A stretch of DNA of 64,000 nucleotides. Origin: a virus. Below are positions 48,066 to 56,640 of the stretch, piece by piece. The position numbers and the translations under genes were made by a program. Under the pieces are notes generated by a model. It was given only the letters and a program-made list of their open reading frames with translations. It was not told where the DNA came from and made no database searches. How positions within the stretch are numbered: position 1 is the first letter of the stretch; each line of letters starts with the position of its first letter. The stretch lies in IMG/VR virus record IMGVR_UViG_3300005537_000002, positions 96,001 to 160,000 of that record, one strand, 5' to 3'.

Positions 48066-48464
48066 ATGTCTGATTTGCATGAGATTGTACAGAATAGTAC
48101 GGTGACTAGTTCCGCTGCTACCGAGCTTGCCAGTGAGTTGTTACTGGCTGTATCCCGTATACGTAACAGAGGCTATGATCCACTTCCCGAGGATCAGGTA
48201 CTGTTTGCTGCACTTGCCGAGGTGTCAGCTAAGATGACTTCGGCGGTGTATAGTGTGTGGTTTGAGTTGTTAGGGGAACAAGTTATGCAGTTAGCGACCT
48301 CCGAGGAGCGTCGAGAACTGTTTGCGTACTATATGAGGACCCGTATGGTAAGCTCCCTGCAGGTATGGCGTTTAGACTGGGAAGCACAGGACTCAGTCAA
48401 ACAGTCCGCTCGTATTATTGGTGGAGTTACGCCAACCCTAGAGGAGGGAGAAACGGATGCTTGA
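48066..48464 (+). CDS. hypothetical protein
   Basis: SD AAAGG. Confidence 0.8.
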   Translation: MSDLHEIVQNSTVTSSAATELASELLLAVSRIRNRGYDPLPEDQVLFAALAEVSAKMTSAVYSVWFELLGEQVMQLATSEERRELFAYYMRTRMVSSLQVWRLDWEAQDSVKQSARIIGGVTPTLEEGETDA

Positions 48465-48663
48465 CTTACAGGAATTAGTGAGAATACAAGGCATCCGACG
48501 TGATGCCGTAGGTAATCTCTTTCATGAAAGCGGAAGGGACCTTACTCAAGAAGACTGGGAAGCACTGTACAGTACATTCCTAGCAAACCATCCGGATTGG
48601 ACGCGAGACGAGCTAGAGGAAGTAGATATTGCCTCACTTACGGAACTTGGAGAAGGCGTATGA
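48457..48663 (+). CDS. small acidic protein
   Basis: SD GGAGGGAG. Confidence 0.8.
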   Translation: MLDLQELVRIQGIRRDAVGNLFHESGRDLTQEDWEALYSTFLANHPDWTRDELEEVDIASLTELGEGV

Positions 48664-48971
48664 AGAGTATGACGATGTTAGAAGCAGCTAGTATATGTGA
48701 ACTTAGCGAGAAGTTCGAGCATTGTCTGTGGCAGGCGCAGTTTACGTTGTTGTGGGAGGCGCTTAGTAAGGATGACGATGTACTACAAGTGGTAATCATT
48801 CCGACACGTTGTGAGATCTATGAGGTCGCATCGCTTATAAGCGATGCGATAAGTAGCTTGGAGGAGTGGGTACCCTTTCATATTGTAGAAGTGCGTACAA
48901 AGGGTGAGCAACCGTACATGTACTTGTTGGTACGAGCCAATAGTAGATTCGATGCAGGAGTGGAAGCATGA
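48660..48971 (+). CDS. hypothetical protein (tandem paralogue 1 of 3)
   Basis: A..ICEL..E...F.IVE; ATGA start. Confidence 0.85.
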   Translation: MKSMTMLEAASICELSEKFEHCLWQAQFTLLWEALSKDDDVLQVVIIPTRCEIYEVASLISDAISSLEEWVPFHIVEVRTKGEQPYMYLLVRANSRFDAGVEA

Positions 48972-49267
48972 AACGTATGCCTATGAGAACCGCTATTCGT
49001 ATATGTGAACTAGATTCAGAAGTCTCGATTTGGCCAGCGAGAGAGCAGTTTGAGGCGTTGAGGGATGCATTACGGCGTCGTTCTGATGTGTTTCAGGTGT
49101 TAGTTATGCCTGAGGAGTACACTGTCTCGCAGACAGTGTCTGTTATCAATGACGCTTTAGAGGAGGTGCAAACGACTCGATTGTGGTTCAGTATAGTGGA
49201 GATTGACACGAGTAACGACTTACCGTACTTGTTTATTGTAGTGGGTACGACTAGCGACTTTATGTGA
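48968..49267 (+). CDS. hypothetical protein (tandem paralogue 2 of 3)
   Basis: AIRICELDSE...FSIVEI. Confidence 0.85.
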   Translation: MKRMPMRTAIRICELDSEVSIWPAREQFEALRDALRRRSDVFQVLVMPEEYTVSQTVSVINDALEEVQTTRLWFSIVEIDTSNDLPYLFIVVGTTSDFM

Positions 49268-49282
49268 TAGGGGTACAGTGAT

Positions 49283-49594
49283 ATGAGGCGTGTTACGATG
49301 TTGACGGCCGCTCGTATATGCGAACTAGAGTCTGAGCTAGATGAGCTTACGCTTGAGGACGTGATTGAGTTGTTCAACTTGTTGTTAGCACAGTTGAGTA
49401 CGCACAAGGTTGTGATAAGCGTAGTAACGGTACCGGTAGGTGCCACTCCGGATGAGGTCATGGACGCTTTGGACGCTAAGTTGCGGTTTACGACCAAAGG
49501 CGATTTAGTACCCTTCCATATTGTGGAAGTGGTAACTCCCATACAGTTACCTTACGTCTTTGTGTTAGTTCGTCAGGATAGTGAGTTTGAGTGA
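49283..49594 (+). CDS. hypothetical protein (tandem paralogue 3 of 3)
   Basis: AARICELESE...PFHIVEV. Confidence 0.85.
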   Translation: MRRVTMLTAARICELESELDELTLEDVIELFNLLLAQLSTHKVVISVVTVPVGATPDEVMDALDAKLRFTTKGDLVPFHIVEVVTPIQLPYVFVLVRQDSEFE

Positions 49595-49979
49595 CAGGAG
49601 GCTAACTATGTCCGTAGGTACATCACGTAGTTGGACTGAGGCGTACTTTCAAAGCGAGCACGGTACCCGTAGGTATACGATGGTTACGCTGCCTTTGGAG
49701 GGTAAGGCTATCATTGGTAGGTTAGGTCATCCAGGAGGGCAGGCGGTAGCTGTAGTAGGTCTACAGTTCTCTAGGGAGGCGTTTGACATTCTATCAGGTG
49801 GAGAAAAGGTGTTTGTCATGCGGGGGCAAGCCATACTTTTCAACTCATCTGGTTGGATGAGTCCGGAAGAGTGTATGCTGTTTGCGTCACGATGCGGTGA
49901 GAAGAACGACCTAGTAGGCACAGTTGACTTTTACGGTGACTGTGCCGAAAGCAACTTAGCTGCGTTTTGGGAGTCGTAA
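49581..49979 (+). CDS. hypothetical protein
   Basis: Start GTG 49581 or ATG 49608. Confidence 0.75.
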   Translation: MSLSDRRLTMSVGTSRSWTEAYFQSEHGTRRYTMVTLPLEGKAIIGRLGHPGGQAVAVVGLQFSREAFDILSGGEKVFVMRGQAILFNSSGWMSPEECMLFASRCGEKNDLVGTVDFYGDCAESNLAAFWES

Positions 49980-50000
49980 CGAATAAAGGAGGAGTACAGT

Positions 50001-50564
50001 ATGGCGACGACGTATCCACCCAAGGTGCTTGATTTGAGTTTTAGGGCCGAGATTGAGGGTAGGCATTATAACCGCCCTACGCAGTATGTAGCTGTTGATC
50101 CACCGGTTGGGTTTCGTATGAGTATGCAAGAGTTGAGGGACGTAGTCTGGTACTACACGCATGGTGGCGTTGAGTCGATGCACGTGGATGACGTAGCTGC
50201 GTCACTACAGTGTGAGTGGGTAGCGGTTCAGCGTAACTACCAGTCGTATCCGTCAGGAGGGGAGAGTCACTACGCTTCGTATGCGTACTGGGATGGTGAA
50301 AAGTTGCACAGCGCGCAGGGAAATGGTCAGATTAAGTGGATGGAGGTCGATGTCTATCGTGTGGAACGTTCCTACGAGGAACTCGAGATGCCCTCGAAAG
50401 CACAGCAGCAACTGGCACTCGACAACATCGACTGGAGTATAGAGGCATTTAACTCGCCAGACTATGAGAGACGGTATACAGAGTTGCGTAGTTTGCGAGA
50501 GTCAATGCAGCAACAGACTGCTACGAAAGCTCAGTGGTGGCATTGGGTATATCATCTCGCATAG
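50001..50564 (+). CDS. hypothetical protein
   Basis: SD AAGGAGGAG. Confidence 0.85.
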   Translation: MATTYPPKVLDLSFRAEIEGRHYNRPTQYVAVDPPVGFRMSMQELRDVVWYYTHGGVESMHVDDVAASLQCEWVAVQRNYQSYPSGGESHYASYAYWDGEKLHSAQGNGQIKWMEVDVYRVERSYEELEMPSKAQQQLALDNIDWSIEAFNSPDYERRYTELRSLRESMQQQTATKAQWWHWVYHLA

Positions 50565-50583
50565 CATTGGAGGTTAGGCAGAT

Positions 50584-50838
50584 ATGGAATTACATGTAGT
50601 AGACGTTACGATGACAGACCCTATTACGAAAGGGGCGCTTAGAGCGGCTCACGTTACGAGTAAGGTGGAGTTTGCAAGCCTAGTCGGCCGACTAGTAGCA
50701 CGGGACACTCGTAGACCGGTAACAGGTGTGTTGATCGATGGGTATGTACACTTATTGATAGAGGAGCAACACCTTCGGCATGTCTCGGACTACCTTAAGG
50801 CTTGTACACTGCCGCATTGTTGGGAGAGTGAGGAGTGA
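50584..50838 (+). CDS. hypothetical protein
   Basis: SD GGAGG. Confidence 0.8.
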   Translation: MELHVVDVTMTDPITKGALRAAHVTSKVEFASLVGRLVARDTRRPVTGVLIDGYVHLLIEEQHLRHVSDYLKACTLPHCWESEE

Positions 50839-51134
50839 AGACGATCACGGTTAAGATGCGTCGGACTTCGTCTGGTAGGAAGGTAGTGACAGCTTACATT
50901 GGTGGGCCGGAGTATATACTACTCACGGTTAAGCGTGGGCCTAGGGTAGCAGAGGTATTAGCTGTACTGTCAGAGCAGTTTGGAGTACACGGAGTATGCG
51001 GATGGCCAATAGATTGGCTTGCCTCTGACAACTTCGAAGAGTTAAGACTTAATGAGGCTGTCGGTGCTGTAGGTATCTACGTGCCAGCCCACATGTATGA
51101 GAGCCTATTACAGTCCGGTTATAACTGGGGTTAG
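50835..51134 (+). CDS. hypothetical protein
   Basis: GTGA overlap. Confidence 0.8.
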   Translation: MKTITVKMRRTSSGRKVVTAYIGGPEYILLTVKRGPRVAEVLAVLSEQFGVHGVCGWPIDWLASDNFEELRLNEAVGAVGIYVPAHMYESLLQSGYNWG

Positions 51135-51276
51135 GGCTGATTAGGGGGAGGACTTAAACGCTTACCGAAGATCCGGGTTGAGGTCGGTGTTAGCGTGTGA
51201 ATTTTAGGGGACAGTGGTACTATTATGTGCCGCCGTCTTTGTATGTTTGGCTAGAACGAAAGGAGTTCCGGAAAGT

Positions 51277-51654
51277 ATGGAGGATATCACGAGTTTAGTC
51301 GAGAGCGTAGTCCTTTTGCTCGGTACGAAGGCTGTGTCTCAACCGTTGATGCATGAAGTACCCCCAGACCTTAGCACAGGTTTTGCTGTCGTGCGGGATC
51401 CCTCAGGAGGGTGTAGGATTTTCTGGAAGGTAGCCCGTACGCAGGAGGACAGTGATGAGGTTCGGATAGCACAGTTGGATTGGTGCCTAGCCTTTTTCAA
51501 AGAGCTGAAATGCGGGGTAAAACGGGAGATTTGGAGGCATCAAGATTGCGTCATGGTGACCATGACCCCCAGTGTTAGGTCGGCAATTAGGGGGAGAGTA
51601 CAGTCGGTCACCATGTCGAGTAAACAAGCAAAACCTGTAGATTTCCCCAGCTAA
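51277..51654 (+). CDS. hypothetical protein
   Basis: Probable start ATG 51277; resembles 61797..62210. Confidence 0.7.
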   Translation: MEDITSLVESVVLLLGTKAVSQPLMHEVPPDLSTGFAVVRDPSGGCRIFWKVARTQEDSDEVRIAQLDWCLAFFKELKCGVKREIWRHQDCVMVTMTPSVRSAIRGRVQSVTMSSKQAKPVDFPS

Positions 51655-51667
51655 CCACGTCTACTAG

Positions 51668-51769
51668 AAATCCAGTTCTAGTTAGTTTTTACACGGACTG
51701 ATTCGATACGCAGCATAAATCATACACACTCAAGTTAAGTCCGTGTAAAAACTAACTATAGCTGGATTT
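51668..51769. repeat. long inverted-repeat element, copy 1
   Basis: About 32-bp arms with 2 mismatches; core TAGTTAGTTTTTAC...GTAAAAACTAACTA. Confidence 0.9.
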
Positions 51770-52000
51770 AACATGTATTACGCGTGTATCTAGTTCAGTA
51801 CTATATACTCTCCCAAGTAATGTACACCCACACAGAGTTCGTCTACAGTCCTAAAAGACTTCCCCCTGGAGGACAGTCAACGATAAGGTGTGTATTGGTA
51901 CTTTGCTCCTATGGAAAGGTTCTTCGAGCGAGGAGAGCACGGACTTTTTTTTAGATCCCCCCCATATATATTGATAAAGGCGGTCGGCTTGAAAATATAT

Positions 52001-52179
52001 CCGTGCTATCGAAGATCTGGTAAACGCTAAACCTAAGCTATAAGTACGTTTGCCCGGGATTTGAATAAAAACGCAAGCTCATCTATATCCCAGCAGGCAG
52101 GCAGGAGGATTTTTGGGCACTGGTTTTTTTACCCGTGCTATCGAAGCTCTAAATTTGGCCCAGCAGGTAGGCAGGAGGA
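52001..52179 (+). repeat. cluster of short direct repeats
   Basis: CCGTGCTATCGAAG at 52001 and 52133; CCCAGCAGGYAGGCAGGAGGA at 52089 and 52159. Confidence 0.9.
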
Positions 52180-52225
52180 CCAAATGCTACTCGCTTGCTT
52201 ACTACGTATTATGCGAGTCAGCACG

Positions 52226-52257
52226 CTCTTGTATTCACCGACAGGATACACTATAAT
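52226..52257 (+). promoter_or_regulatory. phage early promoter (copy 15)
   Basis: CTC-TTGTAT(52229-34)-N17-TATAAT(52252-57). Confidence 0.75.
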
Positions 52258-52291
52258 TGACGTAACTACTACATATAAGGAGTTCACGACA

Positions 52292-52564
52292 TTGGGAGAA
52301 CGGACTAGAGAAGACATCGAAACTGCCGTTGAGTATTATCGCATGAAACATGCATATTTGTGGGGATTAGTCGTCGGAAACCAAATAAAGCCCACGCATA
52401 TTGAAGCAACCATCCGGAATCTTCAAAAGTACGCTGCAGCGAGGGCAGCACTTGACGCTGTGCTAGACGACGTCCTACTTAACCGTATGCGTAGGTTTGT
52501 ACTGAAGACCACTCAAGTCGACCCCGACGTAGAGTTTGAGGGAGAGACCGTAGAAGAAGGCTAG
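52292..52564 (+). CDS. helical protein, 'EYY' family
   Basis: Start moved to TTG 52292 (SD AAGGAG, downstream of the promoter). Confidence 0.75.
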   Translation: MGERTREDIETAVEYYRMKHAYLWGLVVGNQIKPTHIEATIRNLQKYAAARAALDAVLDDVLLNRMRRFVLKTTQVDPDVEFEGETVEEG

Positions 52565-52590
52565 TCACCTGTGCTAACCTAGACCGCTTG

Positions 52591-52639
52591 GCCCGGTTGT
52601 TTGTACATCTTGTAAACAACCGGGCGTTTATATTATAAT
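52591..52639 (+). promoter_or_regulatory. phage early promoter (copy 16) with hairpin over -35
   Basis: GCCCGGTTGTTT/AAACAACCGGGC; TTGTAA(52610-15)-N18-TATAAT(52634-39). Confidence 0.88.
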
Positions 52640-52713
52640 ATTATTAATAAATATAAAATTTATTACCCCCACGGACGTTCCGGAAGGGTACTAGCACACG
52701 AGGAGATACCACA

Positions 52714-53259
52714 ATGGCTAAGGCAACCAAGACTACCACATACCACTACTACGCCGTTAGGGACTATGTTGAGTCCGATGACGTGACTGTGGACAATGAA
52801 CTTATGGAGACGTTCGTGCAGAGAGTTCTTAATGGAGAGGATAAGGACTACCAACTGTATGAGTGGCAGACTGATCCGGAGGAGCGTCGAGAGCAAGCCA
52901 TCCAGTACTACGTAGCTGACCAGTTCCGGAAAGGTCATCCGTTGCAGGACTGGCAGTACTGCGAGAACTGCTTCGACATAGGAGCTAAGCCGGTAGAGAC
53001 TCCAGCACAGTACGCGGAAGAGGCTAAGTTGGATACGGATGAGCAAGGTACGCTCTACGGTAGGGAGTTGCGAGAACGCTTGCTGGATACGATTGCGGTT
53101 TGGTTCGAGGAGAACTACGGACGTATGGTGGCTGCAGACGCGCACGTAGAAGGGACAGAGATCTTCAACTGGATGGATGCGGTGATAAAGGAAGGTGTAA
53201 GTATCCAAGCTATGCTGGAACGGGAACACGCTCGTATACAGAGCCGCAAGTCGGAGTAG
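52714..53259 (+). CDS. acidic protein, 'H.LPDW' family with C-terminal extension
   Basis: VTVD....E.FV...E.R..A...V...F...HPLQDW. Confidence 0.85.
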   Translation: MAKATKTTTYHYYAVRDYVESDDVTVDNELMETFVQRVLNGEDKDYQLYEWQTDPEERREQAIQYYVADQFRKGHPLQDWQYCENCFDIGAKPVETPAQYAEEAKLDTDEQGTLYGRELRERLLDTIAVWFEENYGRMVAADAHVEGTEIFNWMDAVIKEGVSIQAMLEREHARIQSRKSE

Positions 53260-53267
53260 TTGATTAG

Positions 53268-53297
53268 CCGGTAGGTAGTAGCGCTACTACCTACCGG
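53268..53297. repeat. perfect 30-bp palindrome
   Basis: CCGGTAGGTAGTAGC-GCTACTACCTACCGG. Confidence 0.9.
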
Positions 53298-53317
53298 GCA
53301 CAAAGGAGATACCAATT

Positions 53318-53851
53318 ATGGCAAGCAAGCGACGGATGGTTGCCACTATTGACCAAGTATACAAGTGGTATATACTAGAGGGCTTGACTCTAGAAGAGAT
53401 GGCTAGTAAGTTTGGAATAAAACTGCCTTCTATGTATGAATGGGTCGTTCGTTGGGGTCTTGATAAGTCTCATTGGAGTCTCCTTCCTAGGCTGGAGCAA
53501 GACACACTTGCGTCTATGCCTACTAGACAACTAGTACTGGAGTACTACAAGGTCTTGCGAGTGGAGGAGCTCTTCGCTAGTAAGAATCCGAATAGCAAGC
53601 ATGTATTAGAGTTGAATAGTGCCCTAGAGTTGATATTCACGACTGTGGCAACGAAAGGTCTCTCGAGTCTGTCTCAAGTCGAGATGGATAACGGGGGTTA
53701 CTTGGTAGGAGACCTAAACAGTTACGAACTGGCGTGGCTGAGGCACAAGACGAGATGCTTCTACAGTGAACATGCCGGTTGGTCAATCACGACTGATGCA
53801 GCTGTGCAAGACTCGGGTGACGCATTCGAGTACTACTTACGGAACCAATAG
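53318..53851 (+). CDS. helix-turn-helix protein
   Basis: WYILEGLTLEEMASKFGIKLPSMYEWVVRWGL. Confidence 0.7.
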   Translation: MASKRRMVATIDQVYKWYILEGLTLEEMASKFGIKLPSMYEWVVRWGLDKSHWSLLPRLEQDTLASMPTRQLVLEYYKVLRVEELFASKNPNSKHVLELNSALELIFTTVATKGLSSLSQVEMDNGGYLVGDLNSYELAWLRHKTRCFYSEHAGWSITTDAAVQDSGDAFEYYLRNQ

Positions 53852-53873
53852 TACACAACCAGGAGATACCACT

Positions 53874-54239
53874 ATGACAATGACGATGGAGGAACTGAAG
53901 CTGATAGTCACCAATGACTACGATGCTGAGATACTTGTACAGGCGTTTGTACCTAGCGCTCACGGTACTTCGCTAGAGGAAGATGTATGGCCGTTGCTGT
54001 ACGAGGGCGTTAAGGACTTCTATCCACAGGTGTTAGTGCAGTACCTTGCAGGTCACCACCACACTACCGCACGACTAGAACTGCAGGACGAACTGACTGT
54101 AGCCGTTGGTGAGACCGTAGACAAGTTCGTACAGGAGCACTTTCCGGGAGAGGACTCTGAAGCGATTGCAGAACGTTGGGGGCCTCGATTGAGAGGTCTG
54201 ATTGAAGACTGGATGTTGGAGCTTATGCCAGACCGATAG
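53874..54239 (+). CDS. acidic hypothetical protein
   Basis: Start moved to ATG 53874 (SD AGGAG). Confidence 0.85.
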   Translation: MTMTMEELKLIVTNDYDAEILVQAFVPSAHGTSLEEDVWPLLYEGVKDFYPQVLVQYLAGHHHTTARLELQDELTVAVGETVDKFVQEHFPGEDSEAIAERWGPRLRGLIEDWMLELMPDR

Positions 54240-54248
54240 GAGGTAGAC

Positions 54249-54635
54249 ATGCTAGAGAAGGCGGTTGGGTATTACCAAGACAAGTTGCTAGGACGCTTAA
54301 TGGATATACCCCTACAGATGTGGTTGACTGACGAGGATCTGCTTAACGAGTTGTCTGATGTGACAGACGTTATACGCACGTTGAAGAAACTGTCGGATAG
54401 GGACGGCTTGCTAGCGACTATAGCTGAGATACCCGGAGACTACGTAACGGATCCGACTGAATGGTCAGATTTGGACGTAGCGATTACGTTCGCGACCGTG
54501 AGTTACCAAATTATACTAACCAGTATACAAGTTGGTGAAGACCCTTCCGACACTCACGAACTGATGCTAGAGGTACTACGTAGTATGTATGCGCTGTGTA
54601 TTGTCGAACATGACAGACTCGAATGGGACGTATAG
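54249..54635 (+). CDS. helical protein, paralogue of 44709
   Basis: LEKAVGYY, EWSDL, LRSMYA. Confidence 0.85.
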   Translation: MLEKAVGYYQDKLLGRLMDIPLQMWLTDEDLLNELSDVTDVIRTLKKLSDRDGLLATIAEIPGDYVTDPTEWSDLDVAITFATVSYQIILTSIQVGEDPSDTHELMLEVLRSMYALCIVEHDRLEWDV

Positions 54636-54645
54636 GAGGGTACCC

Positions 54646-54969
54646 ATGCCACCACTTGACGTTGCCCAAACGTTCCCCGTAGAAGGCAGCAAGGTCTGTA
54701 GACCTTATGGAGCACCTAGACGCCTGCTATACCGACGTACAGATCTTGGACCTGAGTACGTGATAGCGGGAGTGCAGTTTAGCACAGTTGACATTGTGCT
54801 CATGCTATCCCGGTATAGCGGACGTTGTCACTGTTGTGGAACCGAGTTTAGTGTAGGCGACCCTATCGCTTACGTCCCGAAGGAGGATGGAGTTCGTGAT
54901 AGAGGCAGAGCGTATTGTGTAGACATGCATTGCTGTACAAGGCAGAAAGGGTACGAACATGAGTGCTAG
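54646..54969 (+). CDS. zinc-binding protein
   Basis: YSGRCHCCG.F..GD.IAYVP...RGRAYC shared with the N-terminus of 11665; start moved to ATG 54646. Confidence 0.8.
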   Translation: MPPLDVAQTFPVEGSKVCRPYGAPRRLLYRRTDLGPEYVIAGVQFSTVDIVLMLSRYSGRCHCCGTEFSVGDPIAYVPKEDGVRDRGRAYCVDMHCCTRQKGYEHEC

Positions 54970-55285
54970 TTACAACATCGAGAATAACAGTGGGCAAGCA
55001 CGAAAACAGCTCGACAACGGTACGTATGAAGCTACTCCGTACGAGCTTGCTGTGATACAGACGTTGCAAGCTGAGGCGAGAGCTCGTATACATGGGGTGA
55101 TAGCACAGATGCGTAAGGACTATGCGGACTCTATCGCAAGGGTACGTTGGGTTGCGTACGACCAGTACAGGCAGTCGGGTAACGAAGATGTCGATCCGTA
55201 TGAGGATGAGGCTGACGTTTGGGGTGCGTTCTACTACGGAGGAGAATGGCCGTCACTCTTCCACGAACCGGAGGATAAGTCGTGA
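54959..55285 (+). CDS. hypothetical protein
   Basis: Paralogue of 40595. Confidence 0.85.
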   Translation: MSASYNIENNSGQARKQLDNGTYEATPYELAVIQTLQAEARARIHGVIAQMRKDYADSIARVRWVAYDQYRQSGNEDVDPYEDEADVWGAFYYGGEWPSLFHEPEDKS

Positions 55286-55572
55286 TGGAAGGTGTACCGG
55301 AACCGTTAGGGTTCACTGTCTATGACGACTTCGAGATGTACGCATACCAATTGGGTGTGTCTCAGTTGTTCTTCGAAGCGTTAGCGATAGAGTTAGATGC
55401 CGCTCGACTAGTCGGGCATATACCAGACGGGTGTACAGTGTCGGACTTAGTTGCCGGTTCGGATTGGTCCACCGAGAACGGGGTGGTAGTTTGCTGTGAA
55501 CGTGCGATGTCGACTGCCCGTAGACGGTCTCGGGGCGATTGGTCGGCCGAAATAGTATCCGGGGATGCTTGA
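55282..55572 (+). CDS. hypothetical protein
   Basis: Overlapping start. Confidence 0.75.
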   Translation: MMEGVPEPLGFTVYDDFEMYAYQLGVSQLFFEALAIELDAARLVGHIPDGCTVSDLVAGSDWSTENGVVVCCERAMSTARRRSRGDWSAEIVSGDA

Positions 55573-55653
55573 CGGGGGGAGATAGTCCCCGGCGTTAGTT
55601 CCCCCGAAACGTGATAGCGGTAGACATACAACGACTGTAGAAGGAGATATGCA

Positions 55654-56073
55654 ATGCCAGAACGGACTGATGAGCACTTAGGTAACTACGTGTGGAGAAG
55701 GGCGAACGGTACGTACTATCGTAAACCAGGCGGCAGTCAAGAATCTAGAGAACTCAACTCAAGCCAAGCACTTTTCCTAGCGAGCGATGACTACGAAGCA
55801 AGACTAGAGATGTGGAAGCGAGTTGGCGGACAGAAGTTGTTGCTCTACTACCTGATGAGACTTGTAGAGGTACACGAAGAGTTCCGTATACAGTATAAGT
55901 ACTCTGTTAAGAAACTAGAAGATGCTACTGGATACTCGTTTGACTCTCCACTCGTACTAGTACTGCGAAACGGTGATCGAGAAGTCTGGCTCGGAGATCT
56001 CTCAGACTTCACCGAAGAAGGTTGGCAGTCTGAACTCAAGGGGTACGTCGATGAGACCTTCCCGATCGAGTAA
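55654..56073 (+). CDS. hypothetical protein
   Basis: SD AAGGAG; last gene of the long + run. Confidence 0.85.
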   Translation: MPERTDEHLGNYVWRRANGTYYRKPGGSQESRELNSSQALFLASDDYEARLEMWKRVGGQKLLLYYLMRLVEVHEEFRIQYKYSVKKLEDATGYSFDSPLVLVLRNGDREVWLGDLSDFTEEGWQSELKGYVDETFPIE

Positions 56074-56181
56074 CCGACAGTAGACATGAGTATGTATACT
56101 GTCGAAGCTAGTTAGGTAGAACGCAGACTCTAGCAAGTTCGTGATAGCATAGTAGAGTGCATACCTCTCTATACTTGCGTA

Positions 56182-56218
56182 GAACGGTCGAGTACGACAT
56201 GTACTCGACCGTTTGTGT
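56182..56218 (+). terminator. intrinsic terminator
   Basis: AACGGTCGAGTAC-GACAT-GTACTCGACCGTT then TGTGTT. Confidence 0.75.
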
Positions 56219-56247
56219 TGGTCAGATCGCACGGTAGAACGTGATAG

Positions 56248-56422
56248 CCGTAGACTGTTGGAGGTTGCATGGCCGTAGTCCCGTAGACCGAACGGATGCG
56301 TGTTGCCCGTAGTCCGTTCCCGGTTGGGGGTGGCCGGTCGTACGTACGTGACGGTCAGGTCGGTAAGGGGGTCACCGGGGACGCCCGTAGGCAGTAACGG
56401 CCGTAGACGAACTGGCCCGTAG
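56248..56422 (+). repeat. seven copies of CCGTAG
   Basis: At 56248, 56273, 56281, 56307, 56385, 56401 and 56417. Confidence 0.85.
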
Positions 56423-56476
56423 GACTTTCCAAGGGGGCCTTGTCCATGGGGGTAAGGGGGTGTTTAGCCCAGGGGG
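56326..56476 (+). other. G5-tract cluster, putative G-quadruplex
   Basis: GGGGG at 56326, 56367, 56433, 56448, 56456 and 56472. Confidence 0.7.
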
Positions 56477-56640
56477 TCAAATTTCACCCTTCACAAACTA
56501 AAAATTCACACCGCCGCCCCCACTAAATCCCACCTTCACAAAAATAAACTTCAGGTTTCACAACCCTAAAACTTTACCTTCGCCAACCACAAATTTACAC
56601 TCAGTCAACTCAAATTTTACCAACCTAAAACTTTTATCGC
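56477..56640 (+). repeat. G-poor A/C-rich block with short repeats
   Basis: TTCAC x5, CCTAAAACTTT at 56565 and 56624, several AAATTT tracts. Confidence 0.8.

Noticed and set aside
51668-51769. Inverted-repeat element as a MITE or IS remnant
   Set aside because: No target-site duplication or transposase is visible, and the spacers differ between copies.
52061-52291. N-terminal extension of ORF 52061..52564 (similarly 11566, 37676, and ORF 20409)
   Set aside because: These run across repeats or promoter cassettes; better starts with SD sites lie downstream of the promoters.
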